A DNA stretch of 64,000 nt from positions 610 to 64,609 of the forward strand of contig JAWCJE010000008.1 in NCBI GenBank assembly GCA_038853715.1. Direction: 5' to 3'. The position numbers and the translations under genes were made by a program. Below the pieces are notes generated by a model, which worked only from the letters and a program-made list of their open reading frames with translations, was not told the DNA's origin and ran no database searches. Numbering within the stretch: position 1 is the stretch's first letter; every line of letters starts with the position of its first letter. Shown here piece by piece: positions 1 to 10,078 of the stretch. This stretch comes from Candidatus Nezhaarchaeales archaeon. GTDB lineage: Archaea; Thermoproteota; Methanomethylicia; Nezhaarchaeales; JAWCJE01.

Positions 1-349
1 GAGGGTTAGCGCATACCTTATTGTAGGTTGGTAGATTTACCTTAAGTACGTCACCATGAACGATTTCCACGTTGTTAAAATCTCTTAACCGGTCTTGAAG
101 CGCTTTAATAATCTTCGGATCTTTTTCTACGGCTATGACCTTACCAGCTTTTTTTGCCATTATCTCCGTTAAGATACCGAACCCAGCTCCCACTTCAAGT
201 ACTACATCATTATCGTCAAGGTCAGCATAATTCACCATACGCTCTAAAAATGTACGCTTTACAATAAAGTTTTGTCCATATTTCCTCCTTGGCCTAATCC
301 CATACACTCTACATAGCCTTAATATATCACTCAGTAAGGGATGTTGCAT
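1..349 (-). CDS. rsmA: 16S rRNA dimethyladenosine transferase KsgA/Dim1, N-terminal part. The gene runs off the window at its 3' end.
   Basis: My own reverse translation from the ATG at 349 gives MQHPLLSDILRLCRVYGIRPRRKYGQNFIVKRTFLERMV...VLEVGAGFGILTEIMAKKAGKVIAVEKDPKII. It contains the YGQNF motif and the E-x-G-x-G SAM-binding loop. It also follows DUF655, RpoF and L21e as in the conserved archaeal cluster. Confidence 0.8.
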   Translation of the reverse strand, partial: MQHPLLSDILRLCRVYGIRPRRKYGQNFIVKRTFLERMVNYADLDDNDVVLEVGAGFGILTEIMAKKAGKVIAVEKDPKIIKALQDRLRDFNNVEIVHGDVLKVNLPTYNKVCANP

Positions 350-365
350 TATCTTCACGAATTAA

Positions 366-947
366 CTATTTGACAGTTGGAGCAACCCCACGTACGAATA
401 AATAATACTTCTCACCACCTTGTAGCTCCAGCAGGATCCTCTTAACTATTATACTACTAACGTCCTTTAATTTCACTCTCTCTTCCACGTCTTTAAAGCT
501 TTTAAACGGCGACTTCTTACGCTCATTTAAAATTTCCCAAACCCTCCTCCTACCTATTGACGGCAGAAGAGACAAAGAATGCATTCTTGTAGTTATAGGT
601 TGAGCGGTATTAAAGAACGCAATGAACCTCGCTTCATTACTCTTAACTACATTTTCTATAACCCTCTCTACCTCTCCTTTAGCTATCGGCGTTAAATCAG
701 CGTACGTAATTCTTCTACTTATATGATCTATTTTGTCTCTTACGCCTTTACCTATAAAGACCCTTTCACCTGGAGTTAATGTTACCCCTTCCTTGGGTAT
801 TAACTCTAATAACGTGAAAAACTCTTCACCTATGGCTTGAGCTAAAGGCCTCCTTAAGTGAAGTGGTCCATGACCCATTGAGTACCCGTGAGGTAAAAAG
901 TCCAGAATGTATGCATACTCTTCAAATAACCTTTTTGAGCTAAACAA
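366..947 (-). CDS. DUF655-family protein (conserved archaeal OB/HhH putative nucleic-acid-binding protein)
   Basis: 193 aa beginning EEYAYILDFLPHGY. The C-terminal part is HhH-like (LLPSIGRRRVWEILNER). It sits between rpoF and ksgA as in most archaea. Confidence 0.7.
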   Translation of the reverse strand: MFSSKRLFEEYAYILDFLPHGYSMGHGPLHLRRPLAQAIGEEFFTLLELIPKEGVTLTPGERVFIGKGVRDKIDHISRRITYADLTPIAKGEVERVIENVVKSNEARFIAFFNTAQPITTRMHSLSLLPSIGRRRVWEILNERKKSPFKSFKDVEERVKLKDVSSIIVKRILLELQGGEKYYLFVRGVAPTVK

Positions 948-1196
948 TTCCGCCGCCCTCTTAATTTAGAGTTTGGAAAATAAGTAAATTAAGCACTAAT
1001 CTCCATTGGTTTAAATGAAAGGTAGCTCGGCCACGTCCTAGCATACTTAAAGTTCTTAATTAATCTGCTATGGATTTTCTCGGCTAAACCCATAACTATT
1101 AACTCCTCCTTTAACACTAAGGATCCCTTCAATGATCCCACCAATCGTCCCCTTCATGTAAACTTTTTGTAGAAGCAAAAGTTAAGTTTAACTTTT

Positions 1197-1535
1197 CTAA
1201 CCGATTACTTCCTTAATCAGGTCAAGGATGGCTTCAAGGTCCGTTCGTAGAAAGGTTCTACCTTCTCTAGATAAAAGAGGCCTAAGTTCATCTATCTCTC
1301 TTGGGAGTATATTAGCGATCTGTATTGCTGTGAGCTTCGATAACCCCTTTTCCTTCGTAAGCCTTTGTACGAGCTCCTCTATCTTTTCAAGTGGGGCCTT
1401 AGAAAACTTAGAAGAATAATCAAGCGTTACCTGTTGATGATACTTTAATTCGCCGACCTCGCTTGCTAGCTTCTCCAATATGGCTTTAACCTTAACTAAG
1501 GGTACTTCCTCCATAGCTTTGATCTCCATGATCAT
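1197..1535 (-). CDS. rpoF: DNA-directed RNA polymerase subunit Rpo4/F
   Basis: About 110 aa and helical, with an HRDC-like C-terminal part (LSKLTAIQIANILPREIDELRPLL). It is divergent from rpl21e, the classic archaeal arrangement. The true start may be one of the internal Met codons at residues 3 or 8. Confidence 0.7.
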   Translation of the reverse strand: MIMEIKAMEEVPLVKVKAILEKLASEVGELKYHQQVTLDYSSKFSKAPLEKIEELVQRLTKEKGLSKLTAIQIANILPREIDELRPLLSREGRTFLRTDLEAILDLIKEVIG

Positions 1536-1651
1536 GCACCGCTAACCGTATTACTCTAGTTCCACACGTTTTATTAATTAAATAAAACGCTGAAATATTA
1601 GGCTATCCGTAATGCATAAACTTAATATTCCGGCTTATTCCTTCAACCTTT

Positions 1652-1945
1652 GTGCCGAAAAGTAAAGGGCTTAGAAGAAGGATGCGAAAACTTGCATCAA
1701 AGCATCCTAAGGAGCGCGGTATGTATGGCCTCAGTAAGCTTATTCAGAAATACGAACCTGGTCAAAAGGTGGCCATTTGTATAGACCCAACTTACATTAG
1801 CTCAGCCCCTCATAAGCGTTACCAAGGGCTCTCAGGAACCGTCGTAGGGAGAAGGGGCAGAGCGTACATAATCGAGGTTTACACTGGCCGTAAGAAGCGT
1901 AAACTTATGGTTAATCTAGAACATTTAAAACCATTAGCATCATAG
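1652..1945 (+). CDS. rpl21e: 50S ribosomal protein L21e
   Basis: 97 aa and basic. The central part reads GQKVAICIDPTYISSAPHKRYQGLSGTVVGRRGRAYIIEV, typical of L21e. The start codon is GTG. Confidence 0.85.
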   Translation: MPKSKGLRRRMRKLASKHPKERGMYGLSKLIQKYEPGQKVAICIDPTYISSAPHKRYQGLSGTVVGRRGRAYIIEVYTGRKKRKLMVNLEHLKPLAS

Positions 1946-3259
1946 TGCTTCTTTAACGTCAACAACGTACAAGTCAACGACCTCGACCTTCTGTTTAAGC
2001 TTCTCAGCTACACTAGGTTCAGTTCTGCCTTCGTCACCGGTAATGAATTCTTTTACGTATAGTCCTCCTTGACATCTGATGTTTAATTTTAGTTCCTTAT
2101 CATTTTGCTCGCCTACTTTAAATTCATGTACTTTTTTAACTCGAACCTTATCGGCCCTTCTATGAAGAACCCTTAAAGGTGTTCTCTGCCGTATAAACGT
2201 CCCTGATAACTCCTGCTCTAGTACCCTAACCTCGTTTTCAGAGATAGGCTTTTCCAGCCTAACTATTGCTACGTAGCTTTTCTCCGTTACCTTGGCCATG
2301 ACCTTAAGCCTCCTAACTTCACTTCTGCTTGAAAACCTCAAGTTGAAAACCTCAATCTTCCCTCCCGCCCCTTCATTAATCTTTTTAGCTACCCCCTCAA
2401 GGTTTAGGAAACGCTTCTTAGGCTGCTTAACTTCAACTATGAAGGGCCTACCATTACCTAAAACCCTGACGTCTACATCCTCCCTTCCAGCTCCATGGAA
2501 CTTAGCTTCAACACCGTCAAAAAGCTGCCTTAAAGGTTCTGCCACGAGCTCCTCTATAGATATAGAGTACAGCTTCCCAGTCCAATTACATGCTTCACAC
2601 CCTAAACCATAGCAACGAGAACAATACCACTTATTTTGAGGTATACCCTTCTCAAACTTCCTGTACCTTCCATATATAAAGACCGGTGACGTTAATACCG
2701 TTACGCTGAAGTCCTCAAGATTCACGAGCGTGATAGCTTCAGGGTCCCGGAATTCCACTTTTTTCCCTATTTTCTCCGAAACTAGTTTTCTAAGTAACCT
2801 ATTAACCTCAATTTTGATCGACACGCCAGCGTTTATAGCAAACCTAGACCTAATGACATCTTCGCGCTCACACATCCTTCCAGGGATCCTTGACCCAACT
2901 AAGAAGCTATTAAACTCGTACTTCCTTAACTCTTCCGCTACTTTTTCGACGATCGCATTAAGCTTGGATAGTTTATTTTCGCATATAAAGCAAGCCTCAG
3001 CTTTAACGGCCTCCCCCCCTAACATGTTTTGAGCCGGGCCAAACCCGCTTCGAGCTAACGCTTTAAATACTTCCATACCTTCATGTTCTTGTCCTTTAAG
3101 TATCAAATGGCTTCCAGTAAGGGCTAACATGGTCTTTAACGAGCGACCTATGTCTGCGGAGTTAATACCCTTCATAAGACCGGAAAAATTTCTACCTAAA
3201 CAATCATCGCAAAAGGGATATTCAGATACTAACTTAAGTGCTAAGTCTAAAACGTCCAT
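1940..3259 (-). CDS. pus10: tRNA pseudouridine(54/55) synthase Pus10
   Basis: 439 aa. The N-terminus has a Cys-rich Zn module (CDDC ... CFIC), followed by a THUMP-like middle and a second Cys cluster (CSRCYGLGCEAC). The C-terminal catalytic domain reads GREDVDVRVLGNGRPF. Confidence 0.8.
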   Translation of the reverse strand: MDVLDLALKLVSEYPFCDDCLGRNFSGLMKGINSADIGRSLKTMLALTGSHLILKGQEHEGMEVFKALARSGFGPAQNMLGGEAVKAEACFICENKLSKLNAIVEKVAEELRKYEFNSFLVGSRIPGRMCEREDVIRSRFAINAGVSIKIEVNRLLRKLVSEKIGKKVEFRDPEAITLVNLEDFSVTVLTSPVFIYGRYRKFEKGIPQNKWYCSRCYGLGCEACNWTGKLYSISIEELVAEPLRQLFDGVEAKFHGAGREDVDVRVLGNGRPFIVEVKQPKKRFLNLEGVAKKINEGAGGKIEVFNLRFSSRSEVRRLKVMAKVTEKSYVAIVRLEKPISENEVRVLEQELSGTFIRQRTPLRVLHRRADKVRVKKVHEFKVGEQNDKELKLNIRCQGGLYVKEFITGDEGRTEPSVAEKLKQKVEVVDLYVVDVKEAL

Positions 3260-3284
3260 GATACTTCCGCTTCCCTATACATCT

Positions 3285-4607
3285 TTAATGGTGAAGCGGG
3301 AATTGCTGTAGCCTTTTAGCCCGCCTCATTAATTGCCGCATGGTCTTCTTAGCTAAGTTAAACTGGTCGATCAGCTCCTTAACATCCTTAACTTTAACAC
3401 CGCTTCCTTTGGCTATCCTCCTCATTCTCGACCTATCAATAATACTTGGGTCCTTAGCCTCCTCTTCGGTCATCGATTTTATAATAACACCCCACCTAGC
3501 TAACTTCTCGTCAGCTAGATCAGCTAATTCTGAAGGAACCTTTAAGCTGACCCCGGGTATTAGCTCAAGTATTTTCCGCATGGGACCAAGCTTTTTAACA
3601 CTTTCAATATGGGCTAACATGTCTTTCAACGTGATCTTACCGGACATTAAAGCCTCAAGCCGTTCCTCATCGGCCTTCTGCTCTAACTCCTTAACCTTCT
3701 CCACTAGCGTCTGCAGGTCACCCATACCTAAAAGCCTGCTTACGAATTTACGGGGATCAAAAAGCTCTATTTCATCCAGTTTTTCACCAGTGCCTACAAA
3801 CTTTATACGTGCTTTAATAGCAGCAACAGCTGAAAGTGCTCCACCACCCTTAGCGGAGCCATCGAGCTTTGTGAGGAATATTGACCCTATAGACGTAGCT
3901 TCGTTAAATGCTTTAGCCTGAATAGATGCTTGCTGCCCTATAGTAGCATCTATTACTAGCATTATCTCGTCGGGCATTATCGCTTCAGATATCAATCGCA
4001 TTTCTTCGATTAACCCCTTCTCCTCTTTATGTCTACCTGAGGTATCAACTATTATGAGGTCAAATCCCCGCTCCTTAAATGCTTGAACACCCTTAGATGC
4101 CAGCTTTACTGCATCCCTTAGTGAGGGGTCTCCGTATACTGGGACTCCGGCTTTCTGTCCAAGCTGTAATAACTGTTCGTAAGCAGCAGGTCTAAAATTG
4201 TCTGCACATACGAGAGCGGGTTTAAAGCCGCGCTTTTTAAAGTAATACGCAAGCTTTGCTGCACTCGTGGTTTTCCCGCTACCTTGGATGCCGACAAGCA
4301 TGATAACATGACTTTTACCGGGGCTCAGCGTTAAGCTTACACTTTCGCCACCTAATAACCTAAGTAATTCCTCGTAAAGCGTCTTTAAGATTACTTCTCG
4401 TCTACTTAATCCAGGCGGGACCTTCTCCTTCAGTGCCTTCTCCTCAACCCTCTTTGAAAGCTCAAACACTAAGCTTACATTAACGTCCGCGGTTAGCAGA
4501 GCGCGTTGGATATCCCTTATAAACTCCTTGACGGCAGCCTCATCAATAACCGGTAACCTAAAAAGTCTGCTAAGAGCCTCTCGAAGCGATGTTGATAAAC
4601 GCTCCAA
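3285..4607 (-). CDS. srp54: Signal recognition particle 54 kDa protein (SRP54)
   Basis: It has the P-loop [15 protein letters not shown] and the motifs DTSGRH and [14 protein letters not shown]. The C-terminal M domain is Met-rich. Confidence 0.95.
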   Translation of the reverse strand: MERLSTSLREALSRLFRLPVIDEAAVKEFIRDIQRALLTADVNVSLVFELSKRVEEKALKEKVPPGLSRREVILKTLYEELLRLLGGESVSLTLSPGKSHVIMLVGIQGSGKTTSAAKLAYYFKKRGFKPALVCADNFRPAAYEQLLQLGQKAGVPVYGDPSLRDAVKLASKGVQAFKERGFDLIIVDTSGRHKEEKGLIEEMRLISEAIMPDEIMLVIDATIGQQASIQAKAFNEATSIGSIFLTKLDGSAKGGGALSAVAAIKARIKFVGTGEKLDEIELFDPRKFVSRLLGMGDLQTLVEKVKELEQKADEERLEALMSGKITLKDMLAHIESVKKLGPMRKILELIPGVSLKVPSELADLADEKLARWGVIIKSMTEEEAKDPSIIDRSRMRRIAKGSGVKVKDVKELIDQFNLAKKTMRQLMRRAKRLQQFPLHH

Positions 4608-4793
4608 TCCTTACGCCTCGTACTCAATTATTTAAAGCTATAATTTAGACTATCATACTTCTTTTATAAATTTAGCCCGTAGGCCTCAATAACTTTTCCG
4701 TAAGCCTTTATGCAAGCCTCTTTTTCTTTCCAAGTAGAGCTTAAAAAAGTTAATGAAGTGGTCTAATGAGCGGATATGAAGCGTTAAATAGAA

Positions 4794-4883
4794 GGTTTCC
4801 GCCGGAGTCTCCGGTGGAAACCACGTAAGCCTTCGGTTATTAAAGCTGAACTGATATAATCCCTCCTAAAGCTGAAGGCTTAC
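4794..4883 (+). ncRNA. Candidate structured RNA of unknown class: two adjacent long stems
   Basis: Stem 1 is GGTTTCCGCCGGA (4794-4806) paired with TCCGGTGGAAACC (4810-4822), 13 bp with a 3-nt loop. It contains one G-T pair that is a legal wobble only on the + strand. Stem 2 is GTAAGCCTTC (4825-4834) paired with GAAGGCTTAC (4874-4883), 10 bp enclosing 39 nt. The region lies in the 507-bp gap between srp54 and dph2. Confidence 0.3.
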
Positions 4884-5114
4884 AACAGGGCGACGAGTAA
4901 AGGGACGGATTACAAGTTTTTTAAGGCCTATGCTAAACCAATCCTACTAACACCCGCTAGTTGAGAGGAGTGAGGATGTTGAAGGGTTAAAGAAGGATTT
5001 TCAACGCCTCTTCCGTTAACTTTATCTCCCGGATGTTTCACCCGAAAGAACGACGAGTTCAACTGTCTCTATATTTCGATAAAGCTTCTTACAAGCATTA
5101 TTGGGTGACAAAAC

Positions 5115-6095
5115 TTGACATACGAGCTTGAACAAGAAAGTATAATAAAAACGCTTTTATCCAGTAAAGTTAAAAATGTTTTACTTCAACTTCCTGATGG
5201 GTTAAAGCCTTATGGCACTAAAATAGCTGAAGAGCTCCAGCGTAAGGCAAGGGTTACTGTGATAATTCACGGGGATCCCTGCTACGGAGCTTGCGATGTA
5301 GCTAGGGATGAGGCTAAAGCATTAGGCATAGACATGATTATCCACTTCGGACATACACCCATGCTTAAGCTAAAACGTAACATTATCTACGTGGAGGCAA
5401 GGTCTAAGCTTAACGTTACACGTTTAGTAGCCAAGGCGCTTCCGCTGCTTAAGAAGTACGGTTCCGTGGGATTAGCAGCAACAGTTCAACACATCTCCGC
5501 CATTAATAAGGTTAAGTTACTATTAAAAGCACACGGCATAAAGGTTTTGGTGGGGAAGAGGCAAGGACTGTTAAAATATGATGGCCAGGTATTAGGCTGC
5601 GACTTCTCAACATGTATAAGCATAGCGAGTAAGGTTTCAGCTTTCCTACTTATAGGAAGCTTTACACACGCTTTAGGATTAAGGATCGTTACGCGTAAAC
5701 CAGTAGTCCTTATCGACCCTTACCAAGAGGTAATTGAGGACGTAGAGCTAAAGGTTAAAAAGGTTTTAGCTAAACGCCTTTACATCGTTCAAAAGTGCCT
5801 AGGATTAAGCAAGTTTGGCATAGTTATCGGTCTTAAACCAGGACAACTCCATTTAGAACTAGCTAAAAGATTGAAAGACCTACTCTCCAAGGCTGGGAAG
5901 AACGTCTTCTTAATATCCGCACGGGAAATCAATTCGCAGTTAATACTTAACTTTCCGGACATAGATTGCTTCGTGATAAGCGCATGCCCCTTCCTTCCAA
6001 TATACGATGCCGACCTTTATCCAAAACCGGTACTAACACCTAACGAAGCTCTAGCAATAGCTGGCGTAAAAAAGCTTGAAGAAATTTACGGTTAA
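5115..6095 (+). CDS. dph2: Diphthamide biosynthesis protein Dph2, the radical-SAM 2-(3-amino-3-carboxypropyl)histidine synthase
   Basis: 326 aa with a TTG start. The motifs LQLPDGLK, HGDPCYGACD and IIHFGHT match archaeal Dph2. Confidence 0.8.
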   Translation: MTYELEQESIIKTLLSSKVKNVLLQLPDGLKPYGTKIAEELQRKARVTVIIHGDPCYGACDVARDEAKALGIDMIIHFGHTPMLKLKRNIIYVEARSKLNVTRLVAKALPLLKKYGSVGLAATVQHISAINKVKLLLKAHGIKVLVGKRQGLLKYDGQVLGCDFSTCISIASKVSAFLLIGSFTHALGLRIVTRKPVVLIDPYQEVIEDVELKVKKVLAKRLYIVQKCLGLSKFGIVIGLKPGQLHLELAKRLKDLLSKAGKNVFLISAREINSQLILNFPDIDCFVISACPFLPIYDADLYPKPVLTPNEALAIAGVKKLEEIYG

Positions 6096-6160
6096 GAAGG
6101 TGATAAGTTGATAAGCACTTCTTTCCCAATAAAAGTTAGAGGCCTTACGGTGGTTTAGTA

Positions 6161-6838
6161 TTGCATAGCGTAAAGGATTTAGAGAAAGAACGAGAGCATG
6201 CCATAAAGGAGCTTATACGGATCGGTGTGCTTAAAAGCCCTCACATCATCGAAGCCATGATGAAGGTCCCCCGGGAGGAGTTTATTCCCTCAACCTACAG
6301 AAATATGGCGTACGTCGACACGCCCATACCCATAGGTTACGGTCAAACTACGAGCGCCCTTCACATGACCGCCTGGCTTTGTGAAGCAGCTGAGCTTCAA
6401 CCTGGTCAGAAGGTCTTAGAGGTTGGAGGGGGTTGCGGCTACATGGCCGCCGTGTACGCTGAGATAGTAAGAAAGGGTGGAGCTAAGGGGCACGTTTACA
6501 CCGTTGAGATAATCCCTCAATTAGCTAGAATGGCTAAGGAGACCCTTAAACGATTAGGTTATTCGGACCACGTTACGGTGATTGAGGGTGATGGGAGCCT
6601 CGGATATGAACCCGGCAAGCCCTACGACGCTATAATAGTAACCGCCGCATCACCTGATATACCCAAACCTTTAACGGAGCAATTAAAGGTGGGTGGGCGC
6701 CTCTTAATACCCGTAGGTAGTCCTGGCTTCTACCAAGACTTAGTTCTCGTCAGAAAGGTTTCAGAGTTTAAGATTGAAGCCAAAAGCTTAGGAGGGTGCG
6801 CCTTCGTACCTCTCCGCGGTAAGTATGGATGGAAGTAA
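6161..6838 (+). CDS. pcm: Protein-L-isoaspartate O-methyltransferase
   Basis: It contains AYVDTPIPIGYGQTTSALHMTAW and the SAM loop VLEVGGGCGYMAA. The C-terminal part reads GGRLLIPVG. Confidence 0.9.
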   Translation: MHSVKDLEKEREHAIKELIRIGVLKSPHIIEAMMKVPREEFIPSTYRNMAYVDTPIPIGYGQTTSALHMTAWLCEAAELQPGQKVLEVGGGCGYMAAVYAEIVRKGGAKGHVYTVEIIPQLARMAKETLKRLGYSDHVTVIEGDGSLGYEPGKPYDAIIVTAASPDIPKPLTEQLKVGGRLLIPVGSPGFYQDLVLVRKVSEFKIEAKSLGGCAFVPLRGKYGWK

Positions 6839-6923
6839 GCAGTTAGGCATCGTCGTAGAACGTTAAGGCTAAGTTGCGTATACCTATCTAATAACCATTA
6901 TAGAGCTCTTACAGTTTAAGAGA

Positions 6924-7112
6924 GTGATTAAAAAAGAAGTTAAAGAAACATTAAACATTATTCCTCATAACCTTAACGTTACGGGTGGTGCATCACTTTT
7001 GTACATTGGCTTGATCCCGGATACATGTAACAACGTGGATTCGATAAGGAGGGTCGTTGAGGTCTTTAATGCTAAAGATGTTGAGCTCTTCTTCATAGTG
7101 GAGATTACGTGA
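6924..7112 (+). CDS. Hypothetical small protein (62 aa)
   Basis: This is only an ORF-track call with a GTG start. I recognise no family and it may be non-coding. Confidence 0.15.
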   Translation: MIKKEVKETLNIIPHNLNVTGGASLLYIGLIPDTCNNVDSIRRVVEVFNAKDVELFFIVEIT

Positions 7113-7248
7113 GGATCGCTCCTTCATATGACTTCGGCGTTTCACCGTTTAAGTACTTCCTTGAGGGGAGGGTTTAAGTAAAGCACTAAGCATAACTTTT
7201 ACCTCTATGGAGGAGCTGAAAGTAATTCAATAATATTAACATTTAGGC

Positions 7249-8319
7249 TTGATTGGTATGCAAAGCTTCGCCGTTAAAGTTAAAAAGAACTCAGCTGAGC
7301 TTGTACGTCAAGCCTTACGAAGGCTTAATCTACTGAATACAGGCTTTGTAACCGTTAAGGATGCCATCTCCGTCCTCCTTCCAATAGTCGGAAAACCTTC
7401 AGATCAACAGTGGCAGTTAATTAAAGCCATAGACCCAGATGCCTCACTGCTCGTAGCTGACTTTCAACAGATTGCGAGGAGGCCTAAAGATATTATTGAG
7501 GCTTTGAAAGATAAACTATCACCATCAGAATTAGCAAGTCTACCTCATTCAATAGATATAATCGGTGACATAGCCGTCGTGGAAGTACCGGAGGAACTGA
7601 AGCACCATGAGCCGCTCATAGGTAATGCGATACTTGAAGTTTACAAGAACGTTCAAGCCGTATATGTTAAGGCAGGCAGAGTGGAAGGAATTTTCAGAAC
7701 AAGACCGTTAAGATGCATAGCGGGGATACCTAAAGAGGAAACCGTGCATAAAGAATATGGATGCAGCTTCGTACTTAACGTTAACAAGGTTTACTTTAGT
7801 CCGAGATTACTAAGTGAACGCCAACGGGTGGTAAGCCAGGTGAAAGCTGGCGAAGTCATAGTTGACATGTTTGCTGGCGTAGGCCCTTACGCGATTCGAA
7901 TAGCTAAAGCCACTAACGCTAAGGTATACGCCATTGACGTAAACCCGGAGGCTATACGCTACCTTAAAAGGAATATAGAACTCAACAGGGTGCAAGACAG
8001 AGTAATACCGATCCTAGGAGATTCCCGCCAAATCATACTTTCAGAACTAATTAATGTTGCTGACCGAGTGATAATGAATTTACCAACTCAAGCTTATGAC
8101 TACTTGGACGCAGCGTGCTCAGCTCTAAAAAAAGAGGGAGGGATCATCCATTACTATGAGTTCACTAGGGAAGCGTTTAACTTAGAAGCTTCAAAGGAAA
8201 GGTTGAGCAAACGAATACAAGAACTAGGACGTAAGGTTTTAGGAGTAATTTACGCGGGGAGAGTTAAACAAGTAGCTCCGAGAACCTGGCAAATAGTTAT
8301 AGACGTTAAAGTGGCCTAA
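7249..8319 (+). CDS. trm5: tRNA (guanine37-N1)-methyltransferase Trm5 (Trm5/Taw22 family)
   Basis: It contains FSPRLLSERQRV, the SAM loop VDMFAGVGPYAI, and AIDVNPEAIRYLKRNIELN. Length is 356 aa. Confidence 0.8.
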   Translation: MIGMQSFAVKVKKNSAELVRQALRRLNLLNTGFVTVKDAISVLLPIVGKPSDQQWQLIKAIDPDASLLVADFQQIARRPKDIIEALKDKLSPSELASLPHSIDIIGDIAVVEVPEELKHHEPLIGNAILEVYKNVQAVYVKAGRVEGIFRTRPLRCIAGIPKEETVHKEYGCSFVLNVNKVYFSPRLLSERQRVVSQVKAGEVIVDMFAGVGPYAIRIAKATNAKVYAIDVNPEAIRYLKRNIELNRVQDRVIPILGDSRQIILSELINVADRVIMNLPTQAYDYLDAACSALKKEGGIIHYYEFTREAFNLEASKERLSKRIQELGRKVLGVIYAGRVKQVAPRTWQIVIDVKVA

Positions 8320-8379
8320 CTTTTTAAATTAAACCATTGAGGGAAAAGCCGTATATAAAGATTCGTTCTTAATTAAAAG

Positions 8380-8487
8380 CGGGCCCGGCGGGATTTGAAC
8401 CCGCGACCCACGGCTATCCTCCAAACAGGTTAGAAGGCCGTCATTCTAGGGTGATGTACCTCTCCATCCGGGCTGAGCTACGGGCCC
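8380..8487 (-). tRNA. tRNA-Arg(UCU) with two introns: a canonical 15-nt intron at 37/38 and a roughly 16-nt intron in the 3' strand of the D-stem
   Basis: On the minus strand the acceptor is GGGCCCG/CGGGCCC and the T-arm is GCGGG-TTCAAAT-CCCGC. The anticodon stem ACGGC/GCCGT encloses CTTCTA + ACCTGTTTGGAGGAT + A. About 16 extra nt (GTACATCACCCTAGAA) sit between GAG of the D-stem and T25-G26. Total length is 108 nt and the inferred mature length is 77 nt. Confidence 0.75.
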
Positions 8488-8805
8488 TCAATAAGGATTA
8501 AACCTTAAGAAGAAAAATATAAAGTTGATTAGTTGATGAGCCCTCCTAAAGGCTTCGTAGGCCGTGGCTTGGCTACGTAATACGTTCTTACTGGAAGCCT
8601 CTTAGCCTAATTCCACTATCGTCAATTATACGTCCATAGCTTCTTCTGCATCGTAATATTGAGCCATAACATCCACCTTATGATCATAACTTTCGGCCAC
8701 CAAAACTTCGTCATTTCTACTACCTAGGAACCTTACCACTAAACTTCATTAAAACTAATTAAGGCAGTACGTAGCCTCTACTTAGAGTTATTGAAAGCTT
8801 TAAGC

Positions 8806-9813
8806 CTAATTCCTAGGGAGGTGTTTTGAAGTGAAGTGTTCCCAACCTTTAGCTTCAACTTCATGTAGCTTCCCTTGATAATCTACTATTACGCGTCTCT
8901 CACTTATGGCCACGCCCATCTTAATAAGTTCTCCACCAACACTTCTCACAGAGGCCGCTGCTTTATCGAATAGTTCCGGTTTAATCGTTAACACCAGCTC
9001 ATATTCCTCCCCGCCGTAAAGTGCTAGGTTTAATGGGTTTAACCCATGGATACGTGCGAAGGCCTCGGCTTCGGGAGCTATGGGTACGTTGGTTATCTTA
9101 AAGCCGACATTGCTCATCCTAGAAAGCTCATGGAGGCTCCAAGCGAGACCATCACTCGAATCTATAGACGACGTAGCCGCTTTAAGTGAAGCTAAAACAA
9201 GGCCTTCACGAAGTCTAGCTTTAGGCTTGTAGATGGATCGAAGCAGCTTTAACTTCAACATGTGTGGAGCCTCCAAGCCGTTAAGGGTTATAGCTAGCGC
9301 CGCGGCCGTATTTCCAAATGGCCCTGTGGTCGCTACGATATCTCCAACCTTTGCACCACTTCTTAAGATGATCGTACCCTTATCAGCGATGCCAGCCATT
9401 GATATGGACAATACGATGGTAGGAGCTTCACCAGTATCACCACCGATTATCTCAAGCCCGTATTCTTTAGCTCCGTCCTCCAACCCTTTAATGATGGATA
9501 ATACCTCGTCGATGCTAGTTGAGGAGGGGATAGATAATGAGACTACCGCGGCCAATGGTTTCACTCCTTTAGCTGCTAAATCGCTTACATTCATCACTAA
9601 AGCCTTCCTACCAGCCTGCCGAGCAGTCATACCCGGCGGGACATCGGTATCCCACACCATTGTATCAGTCTTCAAAATAAGTAGCTTTCCCCTATCTAGC
9701 TTAACCGCTGAAACGTCATCTCCGAAGGGTATAGCTGGCTTTGCTTGTTTCCTAAGTACCGCTAATATGGAGTCGACCACTCTATGTTCTCCTAGCTCAC
9801 TAACGGTTTTCAC
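8806..9813 (-). CDS. thiL: Thiamine-monophosphate kinase (AIR-synthase-related PurM-like fold)
   Basis: The N-terminus reads GEHRVVDSI...FGDDVSAV...KTD. It also contains NVSDLAAKG and GGDT. Length is 335 aa. Confidence 0.65.
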   Translation of the reverse strand: MKTVSELGEHRVVDSILAVLRKQAKPAIPFGDDVSAVKLDRGKLLILKTDTMVWDTDVPPGMTARQAGRKALVMNVSDLAAKGVKPLAAVVSLSIPSSTSIDEVLSIIKGLEDGAKEYGLEIIGGDTGEAPTIVLSISMAGIADKGTIILRSGAKVGDIVATTGPFGNTAAALAITLNGLEAPHMLKLKLLRSIYKPKARLREGLVLASLKAATSSIDSSDGLAWSLHELSRMSNVGFKITNVPIAPEAEAFARIHGLNPLNLALYGGEEYELVLTIKPELFDKAAASVRSVGGELIKMGVAISERRVIVDYQGKLHEVEAKGWEHFTSKHLPRN

Positions 9814-10078
9814 GGCGATCCTTCCTCAAAGAAAGTTTTAGGGGGAAGGTTTTTCTTAGTTGTTTTGATGTTAGGAGCAATTTAACCCTATGCGCTTAAA
9901 GGTGTACTTAAACTAGTTTAAGCGTTCAATACGTTAACAGACGCATGGAAAGGCTTAAGGGCTAAGCTTGGCAGGATTATTAAACTAAAGGGCTTAATAA
10001 CCATTTTATAATTATATAGGGGCTCTGAAAAGCGGAAGGGGTTCTAGTACAACGTATTAATGTGAGGTATAGTCGTCC

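Noticed and set aside
989-1093. 34-aa minus-strand ORF (MGLAEKIHSRLIKNFKYARTWPSYLSFKPMEISA) with a strong GGAGG upstream, in the DUF655-rpoF gap
   Set aside because: It is too short and has no recognisable family. I could not distinguish it from chance. It would need Ribo-seq or conservation evidence.
8388-8404. The recurring GCGGGTTCAAATCCCGC sequence in the Arg, Thr, Ala and Lys genes, considered as possible duplicated att or partial tRNA copies
   Set aside because: Each occurrence is the T-arm of a complete tRNA gene. I saw no orphan tRNA 3' fragments that would indicate integration scars.
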